Positions 52,950-64,000 of a stretch of 64,000 bases of DNA are shown piece after piece (position 1 is the first letter of the stretch; every line of letters starts with the position of its first letter). The position numbers and the translations under genes were made by a program. The stretch lies in the NCBI GenBank assembly GCA_964016885.1, contig OZ024744.1, positions 25,296,001 through 25,360,000 on the forward strand, read 5' to 3'. The notes under the pieces are model-generated. The model searched no databases. It was not told the origin of the DNA and was given only the letters and a program-made list of their open reading frames with translations. This DNA comes from Eledone cirrhosa (lineage: Eukaryota).

Positions 52950-54720
52950 AAAAGAGGAAGGACCTACCTGTTCGGCTCCTGAGGAGCAGGTTGCACAATA
53001 TCCATGGGCGTATTGGAGGGGTTGTTTTGGTGGGATGTTGTTCTGTGGTGGGGTGGGGGTGTTTGGTGAGGTATGGGTGGGGAAACATTTCAAGAGGACG
53101 CGGTTATAGGGTCGAGTACATGTTTTCCCCAAGTCCTCAGGAAAGTTCTCTCTTAGTTTTGCATAGGTGTCCATGGGGGCGTCTTATCACTTTTAAATGC
53201 GGTTTGTTGGCCGCGCTTGCAAAGAATTGCCCTTCAGTTTCCACCGAAGGGTCTTTGTGTATTGTTTTTACTAGTTCTTTGTTATTTGTGTTAATGTATG
53301 TATACTGTTTTATTTGTGTTGTGTTTGTTTGTTGTTCTTGTGTGTGCTTGCGTTTTGTTGTATGTGTTATGTTTTGGGGTGGGTTGGATTTTGTTTGTTC
53401 TGTTTGTTTTGTTTTTGTTGGTGGTTGTGTGTTTGTTTCGTTTATGTTCGTGTGGTGTTTTCTTTTTTTTTCTTTTTATAGGTTGGAAGGGTTCCCCCTC
53501 TTCGTCACTAGGTGCCGTTTCAGCTGGGTCCTCGTTCGTGCTGTCGGGTAGTGGTGTATTTTGGGGTTTTGTAGTGTTTGTGTGTGTTTTTGGAGTTGTT
53601 TTGGGTGGGACCGTGTCTTGTGTTATTTTTCCGTGTTGTTTTTGTTGTTGTTGTTGTTGTTGTTGTTTTTGTTGTTGTTGTTGTGGTGGTGGTAGTGGTG
53701 GTGGTGGCGGTGGTGGCGGTGGTGGTGTGTAGGCAAAAGAGCCTTTTTGTTGTCAATTGAGGACAAGCAGCCCTTGGATAACCCCTGCTTGAACAGTAGT
53801 AACATATGGGCCTCCTACCCTCGGCTGAAATGTATACAATGTTTCTCCATCGAGGGACACCCTCTGGGGTATTCTAGCTATTCGTTCTGGTCTCATTTGG
53901 ACCAGAACCTCCACGCTCAAACCGCCGAAAACGTCTGTGGTGATTCGTCTTCTAAAAATACTGTTAGTACCCAGGAAATGCATGCATTTGGCCGGATTCC
54001 GGAGACTCTTATTTTTTACGTTCTTTTCCCCAAATATGTGGGGAAAAATGTGTGTAGCTTGGAAACAATTGGCGACACAGAGTATTTCCTGGCCGCCAAT
54101 TGATCCTTCATTAGCACCGTTATATTCCCATAGAGTGGCCCTTTTTGTATGAACGATATATCACTCCACACATTTTTTTAGGACCAGCTCAATTTTTTGG
54201 GGGGATAATTGAGCTGGTTTCCTTGTTATGTTGGAAATTGTTCTGAAAGATATCGTTCTTAGTGTCGTGTCTTTTTGATTCCTTGTGGGGAGGTGATTGT
54301 GAAGTCTCCTCCTTCTTTGAAAGTTACATACTGTTTTGCTTCCTTCATCTTTTCTCTCAGAGTTGTAATGTCCAGTTGCTTGCAGGTCTGTGTTTTTCGG
54401 ACCGCCTGTGCAAAGGAAGCACCAGTAGTGCTTTCGCTTTGTTTGGTGTTATCGTTATTTTTTTCATTTTTTTCTTGGTTGGTGTTGTGACTATTGCTGT
54501 TGTTGGTCGTGCTGTTATTGTCATTGTTGTTTTTGTCTGCGTTTATGTGACTTTCTGGGTTTTCACCCATGTTTACAAATTTTTGTTTTAATTCCGTGTT
54601 ACATGTTTCTTTTGCAGAAGTGAGGGAAGACTTAGAGCATTGTGCTTCTAGCTTATCTGTATCACCTTTCTTAGGGGGCGTGGCTTTCTCGTTAGGATGA
54701 GATGTGAAAATTCCGTCCAT
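52950..54720 (-). pseudogene. Tx1 ORF1 (gag-like), disrupted
   Basis: SFAQAV motif; degenerate zinc knuckle CYYCSSRGYPRAAC (Cx2Cx4[H>Y]x4C) at about 53762-53803; low-complexity Thr-rich linker. Confidence 0.7.
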
Positions 54721-54932
54721 TTCTATCAGTTTGCCGTAATAAATTTTTAAATGTAAAATTCGCCCCAAAAAGGGGCGAAAATAAATTAAACTCAAAGTCT
54801 GACGACCCAGGCAAGGGGTTAACGTGTATTACAGTACAAAAACAATAAATCAAAACTCACTTTAGAGTAAGTAAATCCAACTCGGTAGCCGAGCTTGTTC
54901 ACACACGTCAACACACGTCTCTCGTATACGAG

Positions 54933-55149
54933 ATGTTATGTGAGATATTATGTGAGGTAAAGCCTTTACTGTGAAAATACAGTAGTATATATAGAGTAAT
55001 GTAAATGTTATGTGAGATATTATGTGAGGTAAAGCCTTTACTGTGAAAATATAATAGTATATATAGAGTAATGTAAATATTATGTGAGGTATAGCCTTAA
55101 CTGAAAATATAATAGTATATGTAGAGTATTATCAATGGTAAGGGGTTAA
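54933..55149 (-). repeat. About 3 units of the 72-bp repeat plus TTAACCCCTTAC terminus, 5' flank of Tx1
   Basis: Reverse complement of the 2038-4560 array, including its unique start. Confidence 0.9.
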
Positions 55150-55303
55150 GCAAGGAGAAAGATATTTCATAAAATTTGTTTAAATATGGAATGCAATTCT
55201 AATAAATAACAAAGAAACCATTCCGTGTAGGAGACGTTGAAACTACTAAATGGATTTACAGTTCCTTGAAGTTTGACAGTCTATTTTGGCATCATTCCTA
55301 ATT

Positions 55304-55413
<110 letters not shown>

Positions 55414-55436
55414 CTATTTCCTGCTCCATCTCTCGC

Positions 55437-55510
<74 letters not shown>

Positions 55511-55672
55511 ATATGTAAGTATGTGTGTGATTATGCGTGTGTAACAAGAATTAACGAAAGAAAATTAATTAGATAAATATGGAGATAGAGAGATAAATGG
55601 ATGCTTCATAACAGCGAAGATAAAGTGACCTGTGTTGTTGGAGACTGTAGACCATCTGACTATATGTGCGGC

Positions 55673-57135
55673 CAGTGGCGGCTCGTGGCTACCATTAGTG
55701 GGGGATGCTGCTCTAGAAATGTTTAGCCATTGTTTTAATATTGTGTATCACGGAACAAATTTAAAATGAAAATGTATTCAACGGTGAAAACTTCTTAAGC
55801 TGTTGAAGTGTACTAATTGTCACAGAACTTATTTCTTGGGGATGCAAGGAGGTCATGGTTAAATTATTTAAATTTTCTATACAATAAAACAACCGGCAAA
55901 ATAAACTATGAATTAAATAGAATGGCTTGAACCCTGATAGTCCGCTACAGTTTATCACATTCTACAATATGGTACATGGTTTTTAAACACGCTGAGTTAA
56001 CAGTAAACACTATATTACACATGGACAATATGGTCGACACTGCGTGAGGGAGAGACAGTGCTCTTTCTAACGACCGTTCAGATTCTTTCCTGGGACATGT
56101 GCGCATGCGCACATCAGTCAAACACGGCTTCGCAGGAACTACGAAACACACAGTTCCATACAAGGATTTTTGTAGTTTTTCATGGCTACTGACATTAAGG
56201 ATTATATATTGTACAAGTATAATGTACAATAGGGGGTGCTGTAGCTCCACAGGGACTATACAATAGCTGGTCATGTAGTTCCACAGTGCCAATAAAATAG
56301 GGGGTAGTATAGTTCCACAGTAAACTATACAATATGAGGCGCTGCAGTTCCGCAGTGACTATACAATAGGGGGTGCTGTAGTTCCTCAGTCCAATGCAAT
56401 AGGGGGTGTTGTAGTTCCACAGTGCCTATACAATAGGGGGTAGTGTAGTTCCACAGTGTCAATGCAATTGGGGGTAGTATAATTCTACAGTACCTATACA
56501 ATAGGGGGTAGTGTAGTTCTACAGTGACTATACAATAGGGGGTGTACTCGACAGTGCCTATACAATAGTGGGTAGTGTAGTTCCACAGTGTCAATGCAGT
56601 AGGAAGGGGGTGTAGTTCCACAGTGCCTATACAATAGGGGGTGCTGTACTTCCACAGTGCCAATGCAGTAGGGGGTAGTGTAGTTTCACAGTGCCTATAC
56701 AATAGGGGGTATTGTAGTTCCACAGTGCCAATGCAATAAGGGGTGTAATTTCACAGTGCCTATACAATAGGGGGTGCTGTAGATCACAGTGCTTATACAA
56801 TAGGGGTGCTGTAGTTCCACAAGGCCTATACACTAGGGGTGGTGTAGTTCCACAGTGTCTATACAATAGGGGTGGTGTAGTTCCACAGTGCCTATACAAT
56901 AGGGGTGGTGTAGTTCCACAGTGCCTATACAATAGGGGGTGCTGTAGTCCACAGTGCGTATATAATAGGGGGTCGTGTAATTCCACAGTGCCAATACAAT
57001 AGGGGGTGCTGTAATCCACAGTGCATATACAATAGGGGGGTGTAGTTCCACTGTGCCTATTCAATAGGGGTGGTGTAGTTGCACACTACCTATACAATAG
57101 GGGGTGCTGTAGTCACAGTGCACGAGCCACCACTG
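55673..57135. mobile_element. Non-autonomous hAT element with internal 33-36 bp minisatellite (about 56215-57120)
   Basis: TIRs CAGTGGCGGCTCGTG / CACGAGCCACCACTG (14/15); perfect 8-bp TSD TGTGCGGC at 55665-55672 and 57136-57143. Confidence 0.93.
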
Positions 57136-57519
57136 TGTGCGGCTTTATTTGTAGTTGGAACGTTGATAGGAAAGCAGTTTAAGTGAAGTTCTTAGGAGAG
57201 ACAAACTGAGAAGTGAGAGTCAATTGTCCTACTTTATATTTTGCCTCCTATCAGCAATGGAAGGATCAATGGAAACATTGTTTCCTTGGTCACATTTGAC
57301 GAGCTCCCTCCTCACTCGGTACACGAATAAGGTCAGGGCTCTTGTCGATCGATCATTGATGAAGCCTTGATTTCTTCATAGCTTTTTTTAATGGCAATTT
57401 TGCTGTACAATGAGTCACCACTATTTACCGGTTGTAGTTTCTAACAAAAAGTACTCGAACGCACAGAGTCAGATCAGGTACCGCAAATCTCGTCCAACTC
57501 TTTATTAGTTCAGCCAGTA

Positions 57520-57712
57520 CGGTGGATTGGCAGAATCGGTAGAGCGCCGGACACCATAATTTACAGTACAGAATTACGGCCCTTTACATTCTAAGTTCAA
57601 ATCCCACCGAGGTTAGCTTTGGCTGTCATCCTTACGGGGTCGCTAAAATAAAGTACTTTCAGCCCCCCCCCCCCCCCCAAAAAAAAATATTGCTGGCCTT
57701 GTGCCTATCATA
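57520..57712 (+). mobile_element. Nin/Deu-domain tRNA SINE
   Basis: GGTGGATTGGCAGAATCGGTAGAG...GTTCAAATCC...CATCCTTACGGGGTCG. Confidence 0.85.
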
Positions 57713-58026
57713 GAATACATTATTTATAAGGATAACAGAATGAATGACGTTCTCCCCGGTAGGAATTGAACTCAGAGCACAGTGAACCGAAACAAATATG
57801 TCGCCGGAGATACTAGGAGCAAACAAAATATAAAATATACGATTGCGTATATGGAGTGGACCTAGGTTGGTGAGGTATGTAATAAAGTAGTATAGAAGTT
57901 GTTGTGGCTTTAAAATAGCCAACAGTATAGAGTCGATCGTGTTAGCTAGTAACTAGAATGGGATGGAGTTTGCCAGTATATTAGTTAGTCTTCTGTCAAG
58001 TATGGTCTAGAATGTAGACCATAGAT

Positions 58027-58778
58027 CAACGGTCGCCAACCGGAGGTTCGAGAGAAAACAAAGATCAAACTATCGTGTTGTCTTATGACAGAAAACCTGC
58101 TCTAATTTTGGTGGTCCGAGAGATAATGTTGGTGGTCCGAGAGATAATGTTGGTGGTCCAAGAGATAATGTTGGTGGTCCAAGAGATAATGTTGGTGGTC
58201 CGCAGAAAAAGTTGGACATTATTAATAATAAAAAGTTAGACATTATTAATAATAAAACAAAAATAATTTCGGTTAAAATATATTTTATAACTCTCCTCCC
58301 CTAAAAATGTTTCTCCTCAGTAAAGAACTAACATCCATGAAAGAATTTACAGATATGTATCATCTATCGACAATATGACACACGTACGCTTCAGTATTCT
58401 TTCGACCATAATTTTGTTATATTGTGACAGGTACATTTCATATTAATAAAATGGAAGTTCTCTGATCATTATTTTACAAACGTAAGGTGGATTGGCAGTA
58501 TCGGTAGAGGGCCGGACGCCATGCTTTGACACATGGAATTACGGCCCTTGCCATTCTGTATTCAAATCCCGCCGAGGTTAACTTTGCCTTTCATCCTTAC
58601 GGGGTCGATAAAATGAAGTACCAGTAATGTACTGATTAATTGCTGGCCTTGTGCCAAAAGTAGAAACAATTATTTTACAAACGTATTTATCTTTTTAAAA
58701 AAACTCATATTAGTGGTCCGCGTGATTTAGAATTATGAATTTAGTGGTCCATGAGGTCCGAAAGGTTGGTGACCGCGG
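58027..58778. mobile_element. hAT-like (Charlie-type) MITE with 21-bp subterminal repeats and a nested SINE
   Basis: CAACGGTCGCCAACC / GGTTGGTGACCGCGG termini; GGTGGTCC.AGAGATAATGTT x4; no clear TSD. Confidence 0.6.
58485..58668 (+). mobile_element. Nin/Deu SINE with 17-bp target site duplication
   Basis: ATTATTTTACAAACGTA occurs on both sides. Confidence 0.92.
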
Positions 58779-59248
58779 CTCATAACCGGCTGCTCATAAT
58801 CAGCTGTTCATAACCTTTTTTTGCGATATCGCCGTCTTTAACAAGGAGAAATTTTCCACCGTTTTCCTGTATAGTAAATATTGAAACACATAACAAATAT
58901 TTGATAAAAGTTTGTTACTGGTTCGTTATTCCCATTTAGCCCTTTTTTATACTTCTTCTTTGCATATCTCCTTTGAATATTGTTTTCGGGTAGCGTATGT
59001 TGGAATACCTTCTTAATACTCACAATCCTATATCGTCCATCAACATTTCCAATCACCCACCATTTTCTGTTTAGTTGCTCAGCACCCACCCAACGGTTGA
59101 AATCATTGGTAAACACTAGAATGTGTATGTATGTATGTATGTATGTATGTATGTATGTATGTATGTATGTATGTATGTATGTATGTGTGTATGTATGTAT
59201 GTATGCATGCGCATATGTGTATATACATGAGTGCATGTGTATGTATAT

Positions 59249-59582
59249 GCGCGGCGACATAGAAATAATCGGGCTGGATACACGATCGCGCGGTTAAACC
59301 ACTGGGAGTGAATGACCCCTAGCCTTTGTCAGAGCATTCTTCTAGGAGAAGGCAACTCAGGAAACTGGGATAACACTGATATAAAACCTGTGGCTCAGTA
59401 GTTAACGATGATGTTGATCTTTTCTTCTTTTCGGGTTATAGCTACTGTCGCTCAGAGAGTGGGATTGGCTCAGTGCACAGTCTTTCCTCACTTTAAAAAT
59501 ATCGTTAGAATTAATTAATAATAATTAATAATGGTATATCGTGCAATGGCCATACTCGATAACGAGGGGGAAGCCATCCTGT
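59249..59582 (+). mobile_element. (ATGT)n-flanked non-autonomous element, copy 1
   Basis: Highly similar to 60392-60745. Confidence 0.75.
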
Positions 59583-59627
59583 ATTTATGTATAGACATGT
59601 ATGTTTGCATGCTTGCATATGTGTATG

Positions 59628-60010
59628 TTCTTCTAGTTTTATAATTTCACAAAGTTTTACCAATAGAGAGAGAGTCGGTTTCTAACATAGACACAAGACG
59701 CTCTCATTGGAATTTATACAACATCAACTAGGTAGATATGTATGTATGTCTGCATGAATGTGTGTGTGTAGATATAGATGTTATTGTATGTGTGGATGTG
59801 GATATTTTGAGTTGTATGTGTGCATGTGTATATGCTTTGTATCTGTACATGTGTATATGCAGTTATTAGATGCAGAATTTTTGAAATGTTTACATATTTT
59901 ACTGTTCCATTAATGGATTGTACTTGTAATTTCCTAACTAGTTGTGTTCTTTCTGTTCCTGTGAAGCCTAGCTTCTCAAGATGTGTACTAAGGCAGTTAC
60001 TAACATATCT
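59628..60010 (-). mobile_element. R4/Dong-like RLE LINE 3' fragment
   Basis: YVSNCLSTHLEKLGFTGTERTQLVRKLQ; near-identical to 938-1311. Confidence 0.75.
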
Positions 60011-60391
60011 ATGTATGTATGTATGTATGTATGTATGTATGTATGTATGTATGTATGTATGTATGTATGTATGTATGTATGTATGTATGTGTGTATGTAT
60101 GTATGTATGAATGTATGTATGTATGTATGTATGTGTGTATGTATGTATGTATGTATGTATGTATGTATGAATGTATGTATGTATGAATGTATGTATGCAT
60201 GTATGTATGTATGTATGTATGTATGTATGTATGTATGTATGTATGCATATATGTATGTCAAAAAACAAAACCTGACAAAGGGCGGAAGAACTCATAAAAG
60301 TCAACGACCATCCAAAAGTGTGTAAATATGTATATACACATGTACAGTGTGTGTGTATATTTGTATATGCATGGGTACATGTGCATGTATA

Positions 60392-60745
60392 TGCGCGGGG
60401 ACATAGAAATAGTCGGGCTGGACACCCGATCGCGCAGTTAAACCACTGGGAGTGAAGGACCCCTTGCCTTTCTCAGGGCATTCTTCTAGGAGAAGGCAAA
60501 TCAGGAAACTGGCATAACTCCGATATAAAACATGTGGCTCAGTAGTTACCGATGATGTTGATCTTTTCTTCTTTTCGGGTTATAGCTACTGTCGCTCAGA
60601 GAGTGGGATTGGTTCAGTACACAGTCTTTCGTCACTTTAAAAAATATCTTCACGCACAGGCATTGCATGATAGAATTAATTAATTATTATTAATAATGGT
60701 ATATCGTGCAGTGGCCATACTCGATGACGAGGGGGAAGCCATCAT
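60392..60745 (+). mobile_element. (ATGT)n-flanked non-autonomous element, copy 2
   Basis: GCGCGG.GACATAGAAAT...TCTAGGAGAAGGCAA...GGGGAAGCCATC then ATGT repeats. Confidence 0.75.
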
Positions 60746-60799
60746 GTATATATGTATGTATGTGTATAAGTATGTATGTATATATATATATATATATAT

Positions 60800-63515
60800 A
60801 TAGTTTTGCGACGTTTTTAATATGAACTCGTGTGTCGAAACAAATATTGTTATACTTGGGGAGGGTCATATTTGTGTAATATTGCCAGAATTAATAACAG
60901 AACACACTCACTGTTTGGTTGGTTTTCTCTTTTCGCTTCTGTGTCTTTTATATCGGTAATCTAATTTATTCGGTCCTCAATGTTGCCATTGACTGACCAA
61001 CGGTCAAAAATAATAAAGATACAATATAGACACAAACACATATATATAGTTTATCAAAGTTCTTTCGTTGCATATCTGCAGCATCGTCAGTGGTGTTGTT
61101 GTTTCCTCCCGTTGCATTGTATTTTCTACGCCATCTTTATTTAGTCTGTTTATATATTTATTTATTTTATTTTGTTTTCTTTGCGCATGCGTTTGCGTGT
61201 GTGTATAGTGGTTTGTTAGATGTGTGTTCGTGATTGGGTGACTGTGTATTGGTTAATGTATTCTATCTTTACTAGTGTGTGTTTATATGTGTTTGTTGTT
61301 ATTGTGCTTGTGTATGTATTTATTTATTTATCTATTTATTTATTTATACTTCTCTTAGGTCAGTGTTGTTTGTTTGGGTGTTGTTGTTATTCCATTCATT
61401 TTTTCTGTTTAGCCTTGGCATTCTAAGTTCTATTTCACTGGCCTCTCTGATTTGCCTATCTGCTGGGTCATTTCTATGTTTAGATATTATTCTAATTTCT
61501 CTGTTGTCTATGTTACCGTCATGTTGTCGTCTGGTATGTTCGTATAGTGCTGAATCGTTTTTTCGTCCCTTTAGTTCCCCCCAGTGTTGGTCTATCCTTT
61601 CACCTATGCTACGAGCTGTCTCGCCTATATATGTTGTTGTCATGTTTCTACAAGTACCCTCTGTACATCTTATGCTATAGACTACGTTTCTAGTTTTACA
61701 GTTTATCCGGGGGTTTACCTTACATATGATACATTTCTTATTAGTACAGTGGGTTATCTTAAAAGGGTAGGTTCTGCTGATCAGGGATTTTATGGTGGTT
61801 CCTGGCTTTTCTACCACCTTAATCTTTAAGTGGGTCTTTCTCAGGGTCTTTCTACACTAGTTAGCTAATTTCCCTCCAGGGGTAGCGCCCACAAACATGA
61901 CACTCTGGTATCTCTGGTTGTCGTACCATGAGATGGCTATCCCTATCTTATGTCTAGCCCTATCTAAGCTATTCCATGATTTGCTCCTGTATAATGGGCA
62001 AATTCCTTTCCTGTCCAGTTCTATGAAGGTCTTATACTTATCCATGGCTCCCTCGTATACTATATATAACTATATTGATATCGTCTACGTAACGAGAGTA
62101 CATGATGAGGTCTATGGAGCTCTCATTAAGGAGATCTTTAAGTCTCCTTTCCCACCATACCATAAAAAGTTTGGCAACATCACCAGCTATGCTGACGCCA
62201 ATGGCTGCTCCCTCATTTTGGGTGTAGATCTTCTCGTTGAACTTAAATATGTGGCCCTTTAGAGTAGTTTTGATACTAGCCCCTATTGCATGTGCGACCA
62301 TTTTTCTTACCTGATCATTGTTTTGGGGTATCCGTATAGCTTTGGTCCACCCAATCCACCTTCCCATGAGAGTCCTTTTAGCCATTGAGGTTATGGTGGG
62401 GGGGTCTACCTCTTCTGGGTGTACTGGGGAAGAAACGTCTAAGGTCATGGCTGTCTAGGTAGTCAGTGTCGTAGGTAAGTGTAAGTAGGAGGCCCAGTTC
62501 GTCTGTGTCGACGTCGCAGAACTCCACCTCACTCTCAATGATCATCTCCACACATTTTTCCACAGCAAAATCAATGTTAATGGATGGGTACAGTGATACC
62601 ACATCCATACTGCCTATTATGCAGTTAGATAGGTTCCTGTTTTTGTTGCACTCACTGATTCTGCTGAGGAGGTCCTCTGTACTGTCACATACATCTGGGG
62701 ACATCTTGATTATGGGGCGTATAACCATTGAGAGGAAGTAGGAGATCCTGTAGTTGCTAGCTATATTTGCTCCGCATACGGGTCTTGTTGGTGGTCCTGT
62801 TGTTGGGTCGTCGACTGTCTTCTGGTCTTTGCGGAGCGATTACAAGGGTGGTATGTCATTGTTAGACGCCTGGAAGTTGTTGGCAGTGCGTCTGCTTGGC
62901 TTTAAGATGTCAGTCCACATCATCATGTGAGCGTTGAGGATGTTCTCTCTCCCATCATGTGTTTGCTGTGCAATTTCGCTCGTGTTGGTGATGTTGGGTT
63001 GCATAGCCTTGATGTAGTTCGGCATGCTATCTATTGACATCCTACCAGACTTATCCGTGGGTAGACATACTACCTCACTATCCCTTGTGTGCTGCTTTAG
63101 GCCAACCAAGCCTTCTACAGGTTTCCTCCCAAGTTGTTGGGCCTCTGATCTGCTCTGTCTCTTAGTATACTGGTCTACTATTTGTCTAATCTTATTTCTA
63201 GCTATGGTCAACTGTACCTCTGTCTCGTCATCTATTTGTTGTGGTATGCAACCTCTTTTATTAAAGGGTAACCTCGTAGGATAGATATTACCCAACTTAT
63301 ATGTTTTGTCAGCTGGGTTGAAGAATAGTTTCTCTAAGAGGTTGTCATTATATCTATCGTCATAGTTGTGTGTGTTGCTATTATTGTTATTATGGTTGTT
63401 ATTGTTGTTCCTATCATTAGCATTATTATTATTGTTATGATTGCTAGATGTATTGTTGCTGTGATTGTTAGATGTACTGTTGTTATGATTGCTAGGTGTA
63501 TTGTTGCTGTGATTA
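60800..63515 (-). mobile_element. Penelope-like element (RT, Cys-rich linker, GIY-YIG; Neptune/Nematis-like), decayed, with an internal deletion near 62060
   Basis: PTDKSG, TRPVC, SMDVVSLYPSI, YTQNEGAAIG, YSRYVDD, CIICK..NCKTRNVVYSIRC, YIGETARSIGERIDQH, IREASEI, LNRK. Confidence 0.93.
61052..61097 (-). ncRNA. Partly decayed hammerhead in PLE 3' region
   Basis: ACCA CTGACGA TGC-TGCA-GATA-TGCA-AC GAAA GAAC TT TGAT; stem I is imperfect; position equivalent to 39905-39949. Confidence 0.55.
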
Positions 63516-64000
63516 GGGGCTAGTATCAAAACTACCCTAAATGGCCACATATTCAAGTTCAACTAGAGGATCTACACCCAAAATGAGGGAGCAGCCATTG
63601 GCGTCAGCATAGCTGGTGATGTTGCCAACCTTTTTATGGTATGGTGGGAAAGGAGACTTAAAGATCTCCTTAATGAGAGCTCCATAGACCTCATCATGTA
63701 CTCTCGTTACGTAGACGATATCAATATAGTTATAAGAACATCCCTACTAGAGAGCACTAACAAGTTTGATTTAGAACGTAGCACAATGGAAAGCATCCAG
63801 CAGATAGCTAATTCCATACACCAGAGTATAACTGTAACTATCAACTACCCTTCCAAACACCCTAACAATAGACTACCTGTATTAGACACGGAACTCTGGA
63901 TTAACACTATAGACGAGAGGGCCCAAATTCTCTACTCACAATATGCTAAACCCATGGCCTCCAAATACCTGACACTCAAAAATTCAGCAATGTCCAGTAG
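63515..64000 (+). mobile_element. Second, oppositely oriented copy of the same PLE RT (runs off the window)
   Basis: 63515-63733 is the reverse complement of about 62068-62286 and continues YVDDINIVIRTS...LPVLDTELW...YAKPMASK, the part deleted in the minus copy. Confidence 0.9.

Larger units (their letters stand above)
49283..54932 (-). mobile_element. Near full-length Tx1/L1-clade LINE (5.65 kb), inactivated
   Basis: 5'UTR, broken ORF1, ORF2 APE-RT-zinc finger, 3' end GGTGGCAAATAAAGAA. Both boundaries are defined by the interrupted 72-bp repeat. Confidence 0.93.

Noticed and set aside
60800-60860. Antisense hammerhead-like GTCGAAACAAATATTGTTA at a PLE end
   Set aside because: The CUGANGA half is not present.

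Overview
Repeat-dense eukaryotic DNA. The abundant tRNA-headed Nin/Deu-domain SINE and heavy (TA)n/(CA)n/(TACA)n load suggest an octopod cephalopod (inference). Almost all long ORFs in the track are simple-repeat artefacts. Decayed retroelements: a near full-length Tx1/L1-clade LINE inserted in a 72-bp repeat, CR1-group, RTE and R4/Dong-like LINE pieces, and three Penelope-like element (PLE) loci. DNA transposon derivatives: non-autonomous hAT, Helitron and Tc1. Several minisatellites grew from TE parts. Two observations stand out. (1) At least nine hammerhead-ribozyme motifs from several sequence families occur; some lie in 300-400 bp fold-back elements that carry a hammerhead motif on each strand and abut (TA)n tracts. 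(2) A candidate two-exon host gene (15675-15801 joined to 31770-32023), missed by the ORF track, would encode a 126-aa protein with a hydrophobic N-terminus. All calls were made by eye; no searches were run.
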